A stretch of DNA of 63,923 nucleotides, filler included, from Sluysia triapertura (GCA_046118255.1; 5 parts of 5 records of this genome joined end to end with filler, not necessarily neighbours in it), one strand, 5' to 3'. Shown: positions 13,565-26,895, counted from the first letter of the whole stretch. Notes: a model not told the origin generated them from the sequence alone. A program made the numbers and translations.

Positions 13565-14490
13565 TTACATATATATTACATGTGGTGGTGGTGACGTTGG
13601 AGTAAAAGGATACAGTCCTCTTTTTTTGGCTTTCTTTAGTTACTTGATTTTCAATAAATCTTTGAATTTCTATGATTTCTTCATTTCTATTATTTTGTAT
13701 CGATTATAAAGCAATATTTTCTATTTGTTGCCTTTCTTCTGCGTGTTGTCTCTCTTTTCGTAATGCATTTATCTGTGAATTTGCATGATGGTGTAAAAGG
13801 TATTACGCTAGAAACTGATTATTAATTTCCAGGTTAATCCTGAAATTTTGTAAATTCCGACTACCAAAAATGCTTGAAAAATTATCCGTGATATTACTTT
13901 AATTATTATATACATTCCTATTAGTCCAGAAAACGCTTGTCCTAGTGTTATAAATTTCCCCCATATGTGCTTCAACGTGTCTTGTGCGTCTTTTTTAAAG
14001 TGATCAGGTCCCAATAGTAATTCCAAGTTTACTTATCCATTCTTTTCGACAGTTGCTTTGTCTGCAATTTCGGTTAATATTTTTGGGAATAATATTTCTC
14101 GCCAAGCCGCTTGAATGTCATCATTCTTATAAATGCCGGAATTAGGTATATTTTTCGTAGCTAAAAATTTTAATTTTCCCTTAAGTTCGGTCAATCCTAT
14201 AATTTCTGGAGTTTTCACCTGACTCCTCTGTGGTAATGATATCCACAAATTGTCATCTGTTCTATATTCGGTGCCATGACATTAGAACAATGCATTAATT
14301 TTGGTTTAACCTTATCGTTCGGAAAAATTACTCTTGTTACTGGTTCTAAGTATGTTTCTATTTTACCGTAGAGTATATGTAATTCGTTTGTGCACTCTTT
14401 AGTTGACCTTAATTGTACTTATAATTTTTTTACATTTATATGTGTATAGTACTTCTCACATTAATCGAGCAAATACTCCTTCGATTGTTG
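13565..14490 (-). pseudogene. env: Envelope glycoprotein, chuvirus G / gB-like (class III fusogen), C-terminal half
   Basis: EGVFARLM*EVLYTYKCK..VQLRSTKECTNELHI..YLEPVTRV..C..WISLP..NSGIYKNDD..EILFP..WGKFITLGQAFSGLIGMYIIIKVI (TM)..GLTWKLI follows the motif order of chuvirus-type glycoproteins (GEV..C, ECYNELPV, GIY, IMFP, W..F..FG..SAG..G). Confidence 0.8.
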
Positions 14491-14528
14491 TATTGTTTTT
14501 TCAGCTCCTCTGTTTTCTGATTTTCTTT

Positions 14529-14888
14529 TCCTTTAATTATATTTCGCCAACCTCCTTGTTCTTCTACCCATAATTTAGTTTTCTTATTAACAACATCTCT
14601 AACCTCATCTATTTGTTATTTGTAACCATTCTTTCCTCGTTACATTGGCATATAACGTATGCTAAAATTATTTTAAATTTTTCTTTATCTATCCCCTTAC
14701 TAGTTTGCTTATTTATCATCAACTTATATTTTTCACCATCTATAAAATCGCTAATATCTTTGTCTTTATATCTATCTTCAAATTGTCTTACTAACTTATT
14801 TATATACTAACTTATTTACTAACTTCTTATATTTATTAAAATTAGTAAACTTATCATATAAAAATGCATAAATCACTCTTTTAGTGTC
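14529..14888 (-). pseudogene. Bcl-2-like domain, frameshifted
   Basis: Reconstructed DTKRVIYAFLYDKF (BH4-like), LVNKLVRQFEDRY (BH3-like), YKLMINKQTSKGIDKEKFKIILAYVICQC (BH1 position, no NWGR), TKLWVEEQGGWRNII (BH2; WVEEQGGW at 14570-14547), in correct order and compact spacing. Confidence 0.6.
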
Positions 14889-14972
14889 TATTCGATTTCA
14901 TCATCGTTTTCGCAACCTATTTTTGATAAATAAATAGTATTTCTCACAATAGGTGTAGACATTTTATCATTT

Positions 14973-15612
14973 TCAGCTCTTCTTGGACCACCAGGTTTCC
15001 TTATCAATAGTTTCAACATGCTGATTCTTATTAACATTTAATATATAATCAGTAATTTTGTCATTTTCAACATTAATTCTTGCTTCATCATCAATATTAA
15101 TTACTTGTATGTCATCATCTTCCATTAACTGTTTTAACAACGTATGTGGGGACTCATTAATTTTTCCATTTATTTCATCTTTAATATCATCATTAATTAG
15201 ATTCTTATGTACAATTACTGCCTTTATCATTTCATTATGATCACCTAACGGGTAACCGTAGTCAATTAAAAATTCTCTAGGTTCTAAATACATGTAGTTT
15301 CACATCTACTACTGTCGGGTTATTTAACTTAAGTATTTCTATTACATATTCTGCTACTATTGTAACAAGTAATTCCATTAATACGTTTACTAATTCTTCA
15401 AGTAATACATTAATTTTCATTAAAGTTTCAGGTTGCTCTGGCTTGTAAACTAAACCTGTTTTTCTTAACAATTGTCTCGCTTTAAAACTATGTGGGTTAT
15501 CTGCCTGACTTAAATAACGTAAACACGACCTAATATTTTGTCTATTAAACAAATCTAAATTTATCTTAGAAATTATATCCAAATTTTTATCGGTATTTTT
15601 ACCTTCAGTCAA
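14973..15612 (-). pseudogene. Unknown retroelement ORF of about 210 aa, split by one frameshift
   Basis: Overlapping ORFs 15612-15277 and 15293-14973 with protein-like composition; no motif recognised. Confidence 0.5.
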
Positions 15613-15699
15613 ATCTGAGAGAAATTAAGCCCTTAAATGTTGGTTCTATTGTACTACAATCATGAATTGGTTTTTCTTATTCAGTACCCGAAATAATTA

Positions 15700-17200
15700 T
15701 TGGCTCAGTATCTGAGAGTGTGTCATTAATTGATTCCTCCTCTGAATCAGAAAAACAATCAATGTCACTTATTGTTACTATTGATTTCTCAACCACTATC
15801 CTTCGCCTATTTTCTTACAACTGTTTCAGCATATTTTCTTTCTTCTTCTAGTTGTTGAGCACTTTTAATTATCTTTGATTTTCGCTGCTTTTCCTCTAAT
15901 TGTGCCTCTTTTTTCCTTTTACCTTTCTTTTCTTTTTTCTTTCTTTCTTATTCTCATTATTATCTATCTTTGCCCTAAGAAATTCTCTTAACATCTCTTA
16001 TTCTTCATTCGTTAATCTTCTTGGATGTCTGTCATACTCTTCATCATAGTTACAATTTATTTGTCCTTCATTTCTATCCTTATTAAATCTTACTCTTCTT
16101 CGTGAAGCTTGTCTGGCATTCTATTTAACTCTTGCGTAAAAGTATTTGATCTTAACTTACTACATTTTCGGGCATAGTGTCCATGCCTTCCACAATTATG
16201 ACAAACTGTATTTCCTTCTATATTTGTTCTTGTTTTATAATTATTTTCGTTTGGTCATGCAGGACTCTTATTTCTTATAGAAAAATTATTATTATTGTTA
16301 GATTTCTTGTTGAGCAACCTTGGTAATGGCGTTGTTCATATTCTCTTGAGCTTGTATTATTCGGTTGTATTTTCTTAAATCCTCCATTGTTTCTATCAAT
16401 ATTAATATAATTTCTTCCTACATTATTTCTCTGTGTGAAAATATTCGAATTTCCTCGAAAATTATTACTGTTGCCACTATTATTGTCATTATTACTACTA
16501 AAACTATTATCTTCAAAAGAACTCATATACATACGCTTAGGGAATTCATTAGAATTATTTCCTATATAACCTATCATCTATATAACTTATATTATTTCTT
16601 CTTTCATTTCTCGTACGTTCAATGTTTTTTAATTTTTTAACTATAACCATAAATGGTAAATCGTCAATTAAACTTACATAAATTTGTAATTCGGACTTAG
16701 CCCATTTTTAAACTTATCTATTAATAATGTTGATTCCTTTCTACTCTCTGAAATTTTAGCTCTGGACGCTAAACTTTTAAGTGCACAGGCAAATTCATAA
16801 ATTATTTCCTGAGGTTTCTGTATCCTTATATTAAGCATCTTTGATAATATTTACCTATATCTTCTATAGCTATTTCCTCAGTAAAAACATTAACAAATAT
16901 ATTCCAATGGTGTTTATATTCTTCTCTTATTTCTTTATAAGTCTATATTGCTGCACCAGTTAAATAATATTGAATCCTCTTAATTTTATCTATTGCCTAT
17001 CCATTTGCTTCAGCTATGCTATCAATTTCAAAAAAAATCACAAAGATTTTCCTCGGCTCCATTAAACTTGCGCATTTCGGGAAGTAATACTATTGGCTTA
17101 ATGTTCTGAGTCAGTTGAGACATAGTCTCAAATTCTTCAAATGGAACTGGTGAGTTACTTCTTAAAGTTCTCTTAAATTTCTTAGTTTTTTCTTTATTAT
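15700..17200 (-). pseudogene. gag: gag with CCHC zinc knuckle and charged/low-complexity tail
   Basis: MRKFNGAEENLCDFFEIDSIAEANG capsid-like start; Asn-rich linker; CHNCGRHGHYARKC (CX2CX4HX4C) at 16203-16162; K/E/R-rich segment downstream. Confidence 0.85.
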
Positions 17201-18220
17201 TATTATTACTATCTATTTTTAAAACTTAAACGTTAATGTCTATCAATAAAATTCAACGTAAACAAAAATCAAATTCAACTTAATGTAAACTTAAATAATA
17301 AACTTATCAAGTAATCAAGTAATCTCAAACAATAAAAATTACTTTGTAAACATGAAAATATTAAACTTTGCTTCTTGAACTAAAAAAATTATCTTATTTT
17401 CTAAAAATTGCTTTCTTTTCTAAAATATTATTTTCTTTCCTGAAATCTTGTCTTGTTAAAAATTTATTCTGTTTTCTTCATCTAAAATCTCAACTATTTA
17501 TATTAATTAAATCGTGGCCATTTTGAATCTTACTTGTATTATTCAAATTGATTAGAATAAACGATATTTACAAAAATATTGAAATTGTTATATTAAAATT
17601 AAATAAAAATTCTTAAAATTAATGTTTATTTTTTTAAATTTATTTTTTAGGTTAAAATTTGTATTTTGTTAAAATTAAAAATTCAAAAATAGTTAAATTA
17701 ACATTCTATTAAAATTTATTTTATTTTGTTATATAATAAAAATAATTAATTTAATAAAATAAGATATACAATAATTTAATAAAATAAAATATACAAAATT
17801 TTATATACACAAATCAAATCGCATAAATTAAATAATCAAATTTTGCCTCACCAGTATGCAAACATAAAAATGTAAAACCAAAAGAGTGACTTGTAACATT
17901 TATTAGCAGAATAATGAATATGTTAAACATTCTTGCAAAACAAGATGACGAATTGCAGTATATGACTATTAACAATGGTGATTAAAAAATGGCGGATTTA
18001 TGATTTAACTGCAGCTATTTGTATAAGACAACAGCCAATCATTTTATCCAATCTCACTACTGGCTGAAATGGTTTCTTTTTTTTATTCTATTAATATAGA
18101 TTGTTTTTTGCATTTGTGAACAATTAAAGTATATTGATTTATGATAGTTTTTAGCTTAATCATAAACCCTTAGTAAATTATACATTAATGCTGAAATTTA
18201 GTAATATACTGTTTGGATAT

Positions 18221-18360
18221 AGGCCTAAGGTGTCATGATGGTAGTAGTGACATAATAAAATAAAATTGCTAGAATGGGGCTGATAGCGCAGCGAGAGGTC
18301 CCGGGTTCGATCCCAGGTCTAACAATACGATAAATAAATAAAGATTTAGATCACCAAAAA
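18221..18360 (+). repeat. Second, internally deleted copy of the tRNA-like repeat at 7.43-7.61 kb
   Basis: GGGGCTGATAGC..GCAGCGAGAGGTCCCGGGTTCGATCCC with shared 5' flank (TGAC-ATAATAAAATAAAA-T-G-TAGA) and 3' GTCTAACA. Confidence 0.7.
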
Positions 18361-21300
18361 TTGATATAAAATGTTAAAGCAATTTTTGTAGAATTAAAAT
18401 AAGATCCTCAATCTGAGGTTAAGTAATTCAGCAAGTAGATTTAGAAAGTAAATAGTTACATTACACACTTAAATCGTTTACTTATAGTTACAGGTACTCC
18501 CACTCTAGGTCATAATTAGTATACTGTAACCGGGCCGTGCTAAAAATTTATTTAGCCATAGGTTAACAATGAAGAATACCACAGAAATATCAAAAAACAT
18601 TTAAATAATGATTTCATATTTTGTCATTTCAAAACCGAGCATGTGACTTTTAATGGATTCATGTAATAATTATTTGTACAGTTTTTTTGCGAAAGCATTT
18701 GTGAAATGAGGTAGCCATTTATATGATTACGAAATCAATCAGCAAAATATATATATTGTTTCATTGATGAGAATATATGTTTTACCTAAGTGAACAACTG
18801 GTCCCTACTTTGTCTTTGCAATCTCGTTGTAATAGAAACTAAGTATTTTCTCCAATAAAACAAATGATTTTGCATACATTATACATATTTTTGATTATAT
18901 ATTGCTTTTACCTGCAATTATAAATATTCTGAAATCAAAAAGCAAATAAATTGAGATTTAGAAGGTGATTTTGAAAACGAATGAATTAAAAATTAGTTAA
19001 ACTATTCACATCATACCAAAACCTTTATTATTTTATTATTTATATTACTATTATTATTCATATCCAAATAAAATCCACGTAAAAAAATGCCAAGATGTAT
19101 CATGTCAAAAATATCAAACGAATTTATATTCTTAATCTTGATTAAATAACTGTAGTTTTTAAAAATATATTTTATAACACTGATTCATTTCTTTGTTATT
19201 GGGTTAAAAAATGCAAAAATTTGAAAAAGCACTTTACTCATATCTGAGTAGATTTACAAAACAATCTTTTTATATTATATTTTTAATAAATGAAAATGGT
19301 AGCTTAAAATTATAATTATTTATAATATTCTTTCAACGGTATTATAAATATAGTTAGAAATTATAAATTATGATTAGAAATTAACAAAAACATAAAATAA
19401 AATTAGTAAATCAATTTAAAATAAAACAAAATTGAATGGAAATGTCAATATCGAAAAATTTTTAAAATCATTTCTTTTATAACAGTGCTAGTGAAACGAA
19501 ATATGTATGTGAAAATTAAGTGCAGTAGTAAAAGTGAAATCAGCGAGTAATTTTTTTGTGGAAAAGGAGTTCCTAATTAATGATGATTGATTGGAGTTGC
19601 TGTTAATTATAAATTGGATGATATGATAGTAATTATTTAATTAAAAGTGTACAATATGTAGTTGTATGCGAAAATTTTTTTCAACAAATAATAAATTTTA
19701 CAATAATTTTAATAAACAAAAATGTTTTTTTTAATTTTTTGGCATTAATTTTATAATTTTTATTACCCTTTTTTTATGGATTTACTTTGAAATTCCAAAT
19801 TTAACCTTTTTATGCGAGCTTGTGTCATCTTTAACGTTTTATTATGTCGTTTTTTTGGTATAATAATAGTTCAACTAAATCCAAAGATTGTTAGCTTAAT
19901 AACTAACTCATTACTAACTTTACGTATGTTAATGAATTTCTAGAGCCAATATCCTATTTGATAAAAACAATTATTGTACCGATTCATTGAAATTTATGAT
20001 TTTCTGAGAAGTTTATTTATGAAATGTGAAAATTTATTAATAATAATAATAATATATTAATTTATATTGCCCTCATATCTACCGTGAAAGTACTCAAAAG
20101 CGCTTAAGGTAAATCATTCACCATAATATTTCTGAAACAGGAAGAACTTTGCTTTTTTCTTAAATATTTCATAATCTTCCAGCGATTTGACATTCTCTGG
20201 TATCTGGTTGTATATTTTTGAGATTACTTTAAAACACATTATAATTAAAAAGGAATTTTTTTATTAGCTTCTTTAGTTCAGTATTATTCCTTTTATATAT
20301 ACATATTGTATTCATTTCTTTTAATACCTTTAACCACCTTGTTACCTTCTACCACAAAGTTAACATTATCTTAATAAAATAGAAAAATAACCATTTAATA
20401 GCACAATAATAAAAGATTGTGTAAGAATAAAGACATAACAGAAAGAATATTATTCAATACGAAAGAGAAAGTTTGTGTTAATTTTTGTAATTTTATTTAT
20501 ATTTACATTATTATTAACATTATTTAATTTTATTCATCTATTACAAATATCATTATTAAAATTAATTTTATCATCATTATTATTACCTATTGTAATCATT
20601 ACTTTGACACCATTTTTATTATCATTAGTTACCATTTTTCACTTAGTAACAAAATTTTATGTCATTATCTGTCATCAGTAGACAGCTTAATTTAACGTAT
20701 TGTGTTTACTGTCTATTGATGACAGACACTCACTGAATCGTATGCATATCGTATTTTATGGTGTAATTTTTGATTGGTCACCCAATCAATTTTGATATTG
20801 GCATTACAAAAACTAAAAATTAACATAACATTAAAAAACAGAATTTCAAATTAAAAAAGAATTACTCGACTCACTTTTACAAATATTAGAAAACTTAATG
20901 CTTACTTTACTGAATCCATTTTATTCACTAATATATAAAATGATCGGTAATTCATTGTTAATTATGGTTTTAGAGTATCACCGAAAATTATAAACTTTAT
21001 GAATTGTGAAATTAATGAAATCTATGTTAGATTAGTACAAGAAGTTTATCTGTACGATTTTATCCACCTCAGTCGAAAGAATTTACCATGGTTTGTAAAA
21101 GTCATACCATCAGGTTTAAATCATATTTGTTTTTTAAAATACAAAATGATAAAGAAAGATAAAAGTATAGATAGATTAATTGTAACAGTTTATGGTCAAG
21201 TTATAGAAATACCTATTAATATATTTCCAATTAGTTATTACAAATATGATAGACCTTGTTACAGTTGTCATGACAAATAAAGTAGTAACATTAAGGACAG

Positions 21301-24179
21301 ACTTGTCGAATGGAAGATCAAAAACTGGCCGTTTTAAGTTTTTCTATAATGGTAGCAAATCCTTACACATAAATCTACAGAAGATAAACATTAAAAGATG
21401 GCTCTTTGTCTATAAAAGACAACCCAAACTGGCGAATGTTCCAGATATGGCAAGAATTGTAGATACTACCACGGATTTTACGAATTCAAATATATTCTTA
21501 GTTATCCAGCAAATATCAATGATTATTACGATAGAATGAAGTATCTCTTATCAACCTTTAGAATCAAACTAGACATGCAAAATTCGTGTATTAGTTATTC
21601 TAATATTATCAATGATAAATGTACTAACGTCAAATAAGATCAAGTGATAAAAGATGGGACAGAAGTAATTTTATATTTTGTTTCGAGTTACGTTGATTCA
21701 ACTCAATTTTTATACTTATATTTTTTAATTGAAACTTATGAATACATGATGTGGTTTCAGAAATTGTTAAAACAATGTTTAAGTAAATTTAATTCTTATA
21801 TAAACATAATTAAAATAAATAGTTTTAATTGTTATTTTCATTTTTTCTTATATTCTGAAATATTTAAATTAAATTTAGTAATAAAGCTTTTAATGAAACG
21901 TAATTTCAATATTAATTTTCAATTTTTGATAACATTTTTTAACAAAAGTAAATTAATTTTATTAATAAAGAGTTTCAATGTGAAATTTATTATAAAAATT
22001 ACCAAAACAAATACCAAAATAGCACAATGTATCCAGAAGTTCGAAGTAGTGAAAAGACAGTTGTCATTCACAAGAAAGCAGACAGAGAGAGAATATCTTG
22101 ATTTATTTAATCTTTTCCATCACTACTTGATATATTACTATGATCATAAAACTACCAAGATGAAATTTATAAATTCTTTCATTATGAACGTTTCGAATAA
22201 TGCATAGTTTATATTTTAAATTATACAGGAATTTGCAGGAAAACGTCAAATCACTGAAAGATTACGAAACATTTAAGAAGACAACGTTCTTTCTATTTCA
22301 GAATGATGCACATAACGTCTCTTTGAGTTCTTATTTTATAATAGATATTACCTTTAAATAAATTAATTTATTATTATTATTGATACTACACAAAAATGAA
22401 AAATTGCTTTTAATAACAAAATCGGTACTTCCTTTAGATTCTATTTGTAATTTTAGTAATAAAAAGAAAATAGAATTAATTAATATAAAATAAAATTAAT
22501 AAAAATTAAAATAAGTGGAATAAACTTAAAATAATAAAAATATTGTACTTACAATAAGAAGTATTATGTATTATTAAATTATATAATAATAAAATATTTA
22601 GTTTGTAAAAAAAATTTACTCGAGGAAATAATAAATTTTAAATTATTTTTTAAATTAAATTATGTTGATATTGTATGTGAATAAAGATTTATTAAACGTA
22701 ACTGACTGAAGTAGCGCATAAAATTAGCATTGTCTATAAATTATTATTTTCTATTATTAATAAATTATATTTTAATTTTTTAAAATTATTTTATTCTACA
22801 TTTTATTATAAATTTTATTTTACTAACTAAATTATTTTGTAAATTTATGTAACTTATTTATAAAATTACACTTAAAAATTTTAAAGTTATAATAAAAATA
22901 TTTGTTAAAATATTTTAAAATCATTACTTCCTGTTTTCTTAAATTAAATGAACTTTTAAGTAAAAAAGTAATAAAATTTCGAAACAAAGTGCTTTAATGT
23001 GATATTCAGTTCAATTAACAATTAATAATTTTGTTTTAACATATTTATTCCAATTAAATTATGTTTCAGAGCTCAAAAAATGAATGACTTGACTCAAATC
23101 TAGGGTTTTCACGCTATTTGATCAGCCTAACTAGCTTTTTATTATCATTTTTTAATTTTCACTCTATTTCAATAATAACTAAATAATAATGCTTTAAAAT
23201 TTGACTTGTGTGGTGGCCAACCAACATTTTGGAATTTTTATTTTAACAAAATATATTAAAATCACACTTCAGAACATCTCACAATTTGTAATACCATCAA
23301 ACAATCTAACTTGAAATTTTATATCATCCAAATCATACCCAACATTGAAAATCATCAAAGAATTATTTTTAAAAATTAATTGAAATATTTTAAATTTAAT
23401 TCAACACAATTCGCATAAAATCACATTCCATTACACTTTAACTATTTTACATCTAAACCTTTGTACATTTTATTTCTTATACTCTCTCTAAATTTTAGAG
23501 TGAGATATTAATATTAAATAATATTTAATGAGATATTTTGAAGATAATTTAGACAATTCAATATAAAAATTTTAAAATTTGGTTTGCATTAAGGGCTTGT
23601 TACTAACGTTTGATTTTGATTTTATACTTAATTTTGAAGATGTAATTTTAATTAATAAACTTGTTAGATAGATTTGCGTTTCATCAATAAGTGAATGTCT
23701 GTGTAGCACACTTGCGGTCGTATGTAAGATTAAATCAAAGATCGTCAGTACTCTATCGAGTTTGGTTAAATGTTTAAGCTTATTTATTTTAAAAGTTTAA
23801 TAAAGTTTGTTAATTTCGTTGTTATCGTAAAATGCTTTCGTAAATATAGTAAAACTTGGTTCAAACTTATTGTAAGAATGTATATAATTTTTATTTATAT
23901 TTTTAAATTTTTGAAATTTTTAATTGTTAAAAAATTTATAATAATANNNNNNNNNNNNNNNNNNNNNNNNNNNNNNNNNNNNNNNNNNNNTTAATTAATT
24001 AANNNNNNNNNNNNNNNNNNNNNNNNNNNNNNNNNNNNNNNNNNNNTTTTCTCTTTCATTATTCTTATTTCAACGAAGTTTATAATACTTCATCTGTTAC
24101 TTCTCATCAATTCTTTCTTCATTTGTAATTCTATATATATTCTTTACTCGTCTCTTAATCTAAAGTTGGGCAATCCCAA

Positions 24180-24180
<1 letters not shown>

Positions 24181-24236
<56 letters not shown>
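24181..24236. repeat. (ATT)n microsatellite
   Basis: Perfect trinucleotide run. Confidence 0.95.
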
Positions 24237-26639
24237 GAAAATAATTAATGAATTTTATTGACTTTTATCGTGATGAAGTGTACTTTTCGGTAACTAGGTG
24301 CTTAATTCTATTTTAATTCATTTTAGTAACAAATTTATAACAAGTATATATAGAAATAAATACTAATTTTAACTAAAATAAAAAATTGCCAAAAACTTCT
24401 TATTAGTTTTAACAACTAAAATGTAAAAATCCATTAAATGGCGACAATTCTCTCAGCAAGCAACTTACGTTTGCAATGGTCAATTTTCCGTTTAAAATTA
24501 GCAACTCTATTTTATTTTCAATTGTAAGTAAATAAAAATATGATAATTTTTGTTTTAGTAATATTATTTTAATCGAAATTATTGTTTTTTATCCAAATCT
24601 ATTTCAATAATGAAAAGATATTATATTCTACGAAAATGTAATCTATATATTTCTGGGTGATCAAAAATTTTACATATTTAAACACATATTTAGAACATTC
24701 TGTCATTCGAATGACTTACCTATGCAAATATTCATCTAAATTGTTTTTTATTGCTTAAAATATTATTGATGCAACTGGATAATTATTATGTTTCATTTTC
24801 TTATGTTCCAAACTGAGTTCATTAGAAATAAATTTTAGCATAATGTATATTGAGTAAATATTTCTCTTAATTAAATTAAAATTTTTAATTGAAATAAATG
24901 TTATTTCCAAAGACCGCTGTAATATTAAAACAAGATATTGAAATATTCAATAGCACAAATAGTTCAAAATTTATTTAATTGTCACTTATAAAGTGCTTAT
25001 TTAATATTACAATAATTTGAATTGTTTTATAAGTTCCATACTTTTTAAAATTTATCAAGTTTTATAAAAAAGCATATTTTTATCATTATGATGATGTTCA
25101 CATGTGTTCTAAATTAAGGATTCATTCGATTATTATCCCCTAAAGATAAACCAAAAGCCAAGATAATATATTTATGGAAAATAGCTACTATGGCATGTAA
25201 ATAAAGAAAATTAGATGTTATTAAAATTTATGGGATGCATTGTCCGCCTTAAAACTCCAAAATATTGAACTAATACAATAAACTAGACACTAATAAATTA
25301 ATATTAGGAGAAATTGGAAATGTAGATGTAGGGAAATCACATCGAAATATCCATACTTCATCACATAAAAACATTTCACATATACAAAGATCATTAAACA
25401 AACTACTAAACTCATTCAAAAATCAAACATAACCATTGTATATAATAATCATGAACTACAGCTATTGTTATTATAATTCAAATCGTATTAAACAATATAT
25501 ATAATAATTATAGTCATTATTGTTGTATAATATGATTAGCAAATAATAATCTTTATAATAACTTTTGTAATAAATTTCATAGTAGCAGCACCAACATCAT
25601 TATTCTAAATTGTACAATAATTACGTTGTTCTTATCATTATTATTTCTTTTATCCTTATTATCAATCTTTCTTCTTATCCTTTCAACTTCTCCAGTTTAT
25701 GTATTTATATATATTTATGTATATATTTATTTACGTGTTGATCTACTTATGATTATAATTCAACAATTGATTTATTCAAAATGGATTTTGTTCGTAATAA
25801 CAACGATTGCGACATGAATGCGCTTTTACCACTTAATCGCTTATATTTTAATTTTACAATAGCACAAAATATCTTATCAATGACAATTATTGTTCATTGT
25901 TTACAACATGGAACACAGCCAGATTTATGCTATTTCAAAGTTATCAAATAGTTAATAAACTGCAATCTGCAAATAATCATGTAAACACCACAAGTTGTAC
26001 AATATTGGTTTGTGATGAATTTTATGGTAAAGAATTAAATAAAATTACTAATGAAATGCAGAATTCTAATCAGCTAATATTGATACCATGCACTGAAAAC
26101 AAATTTGCTAAAATTTATATCATTAGAGCGAGACTTGCAAAAATATCTTATCACAGCAATTAAAACAATTGAGCTGCAAATCAAGATCATTATGTATAAA
26201 TGTATTTCTAGTATTACCAAACTATCCAACATCTCTACTATAATTCTAAATAGTAGTATTGAAATGAAATCCAAGTCAAATTTCTGTCACGCTTGTTTAT
26301 CAATAAACTCTTATTATTATATTAATTTACCAGTGGCAAATATGAGTTTATTAACTTCAATTTATAATAAAGAGGCTAGTCTTAAGAAGATAGAATATTT
26401 AGATATATTTGAAAACATGCTCATTCTTCAAAGTGCTTTTCAAAAGCTCTAAATTATGGATATTCTAATTTTAATAAGCAAATGAATTTAACAATTTTGA
26501 AGGCATATTTCGTAATGCATCTTTCAATTATTCTTACGTATTTGATTATAATAATATATTTATTTGTCAATTCAATCAATGTTTTAAAAAAGAAATTGGC
26601 AGTATAAGTTCAAACGGGAAAATTCGGTTTCCTAAACTT

Positions 26640-26800
26640 AATGTTATTTCAATTTATTACATTTTTGTAATGCAACAACCGATGAACAATTATAGTGGCT
26701 TTTGTGTAGATTTACTAGAAGAAATAAGCAAAATTGCTGGGTTCAAATACATTTTAAAAATATTTTCTGCTTCAAAACCATATTGGACAACCGGATTTAT
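26640..26800 (+). pseudogene. Ionotropic glutamate receptor S1 ligand-binding fragment
   Basis: FVMQQPMNNYSGFCVDLLEEISKIAGFKYILKI matches the iGluR Y-x-G-[FY]-C-[IV]-D-L-L-x-E-I...GF-x-Y motif; no pore or S2 exons seen downstream. Confidence 0.7.
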
Positions 26801-26895
26801 TTATACATTATCTAAAATAAATTGAAATAAAATTATTTTGATTTAAAAAAATCAATTTTTTGTACGTACTCATGGTAAAACTTAGACAACCAAAA

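Larger units (their letters stand above)
11790..17200 (-). mobile_element. Degenerate Ty3/Gypsy retroelement with env and accessory ORFs; RT domain absent
   Basis: Same-strand remnants of gag with a CCHC knuckle, RNase H, HHCC+DDE integrase, a glycoprotein and a DTG motif, with many stops and frameshifts. LTRs were not identified. Confidence 0.9.

Noticed and set aside
17841-17860. Possible primer-binding site (minus strand CA-TAC-TGGTGAGGC) upstream of gag
   Set aside because: Short match not assignable to a tRNA, and no paired LTR found.
20940-22207. Cluster of plus-strand ORFs
   Set aside because: Partly coding-like but fragmented; the 187-aa ORF is largely F/I/K/N-rich AT noise and no family was recognised.
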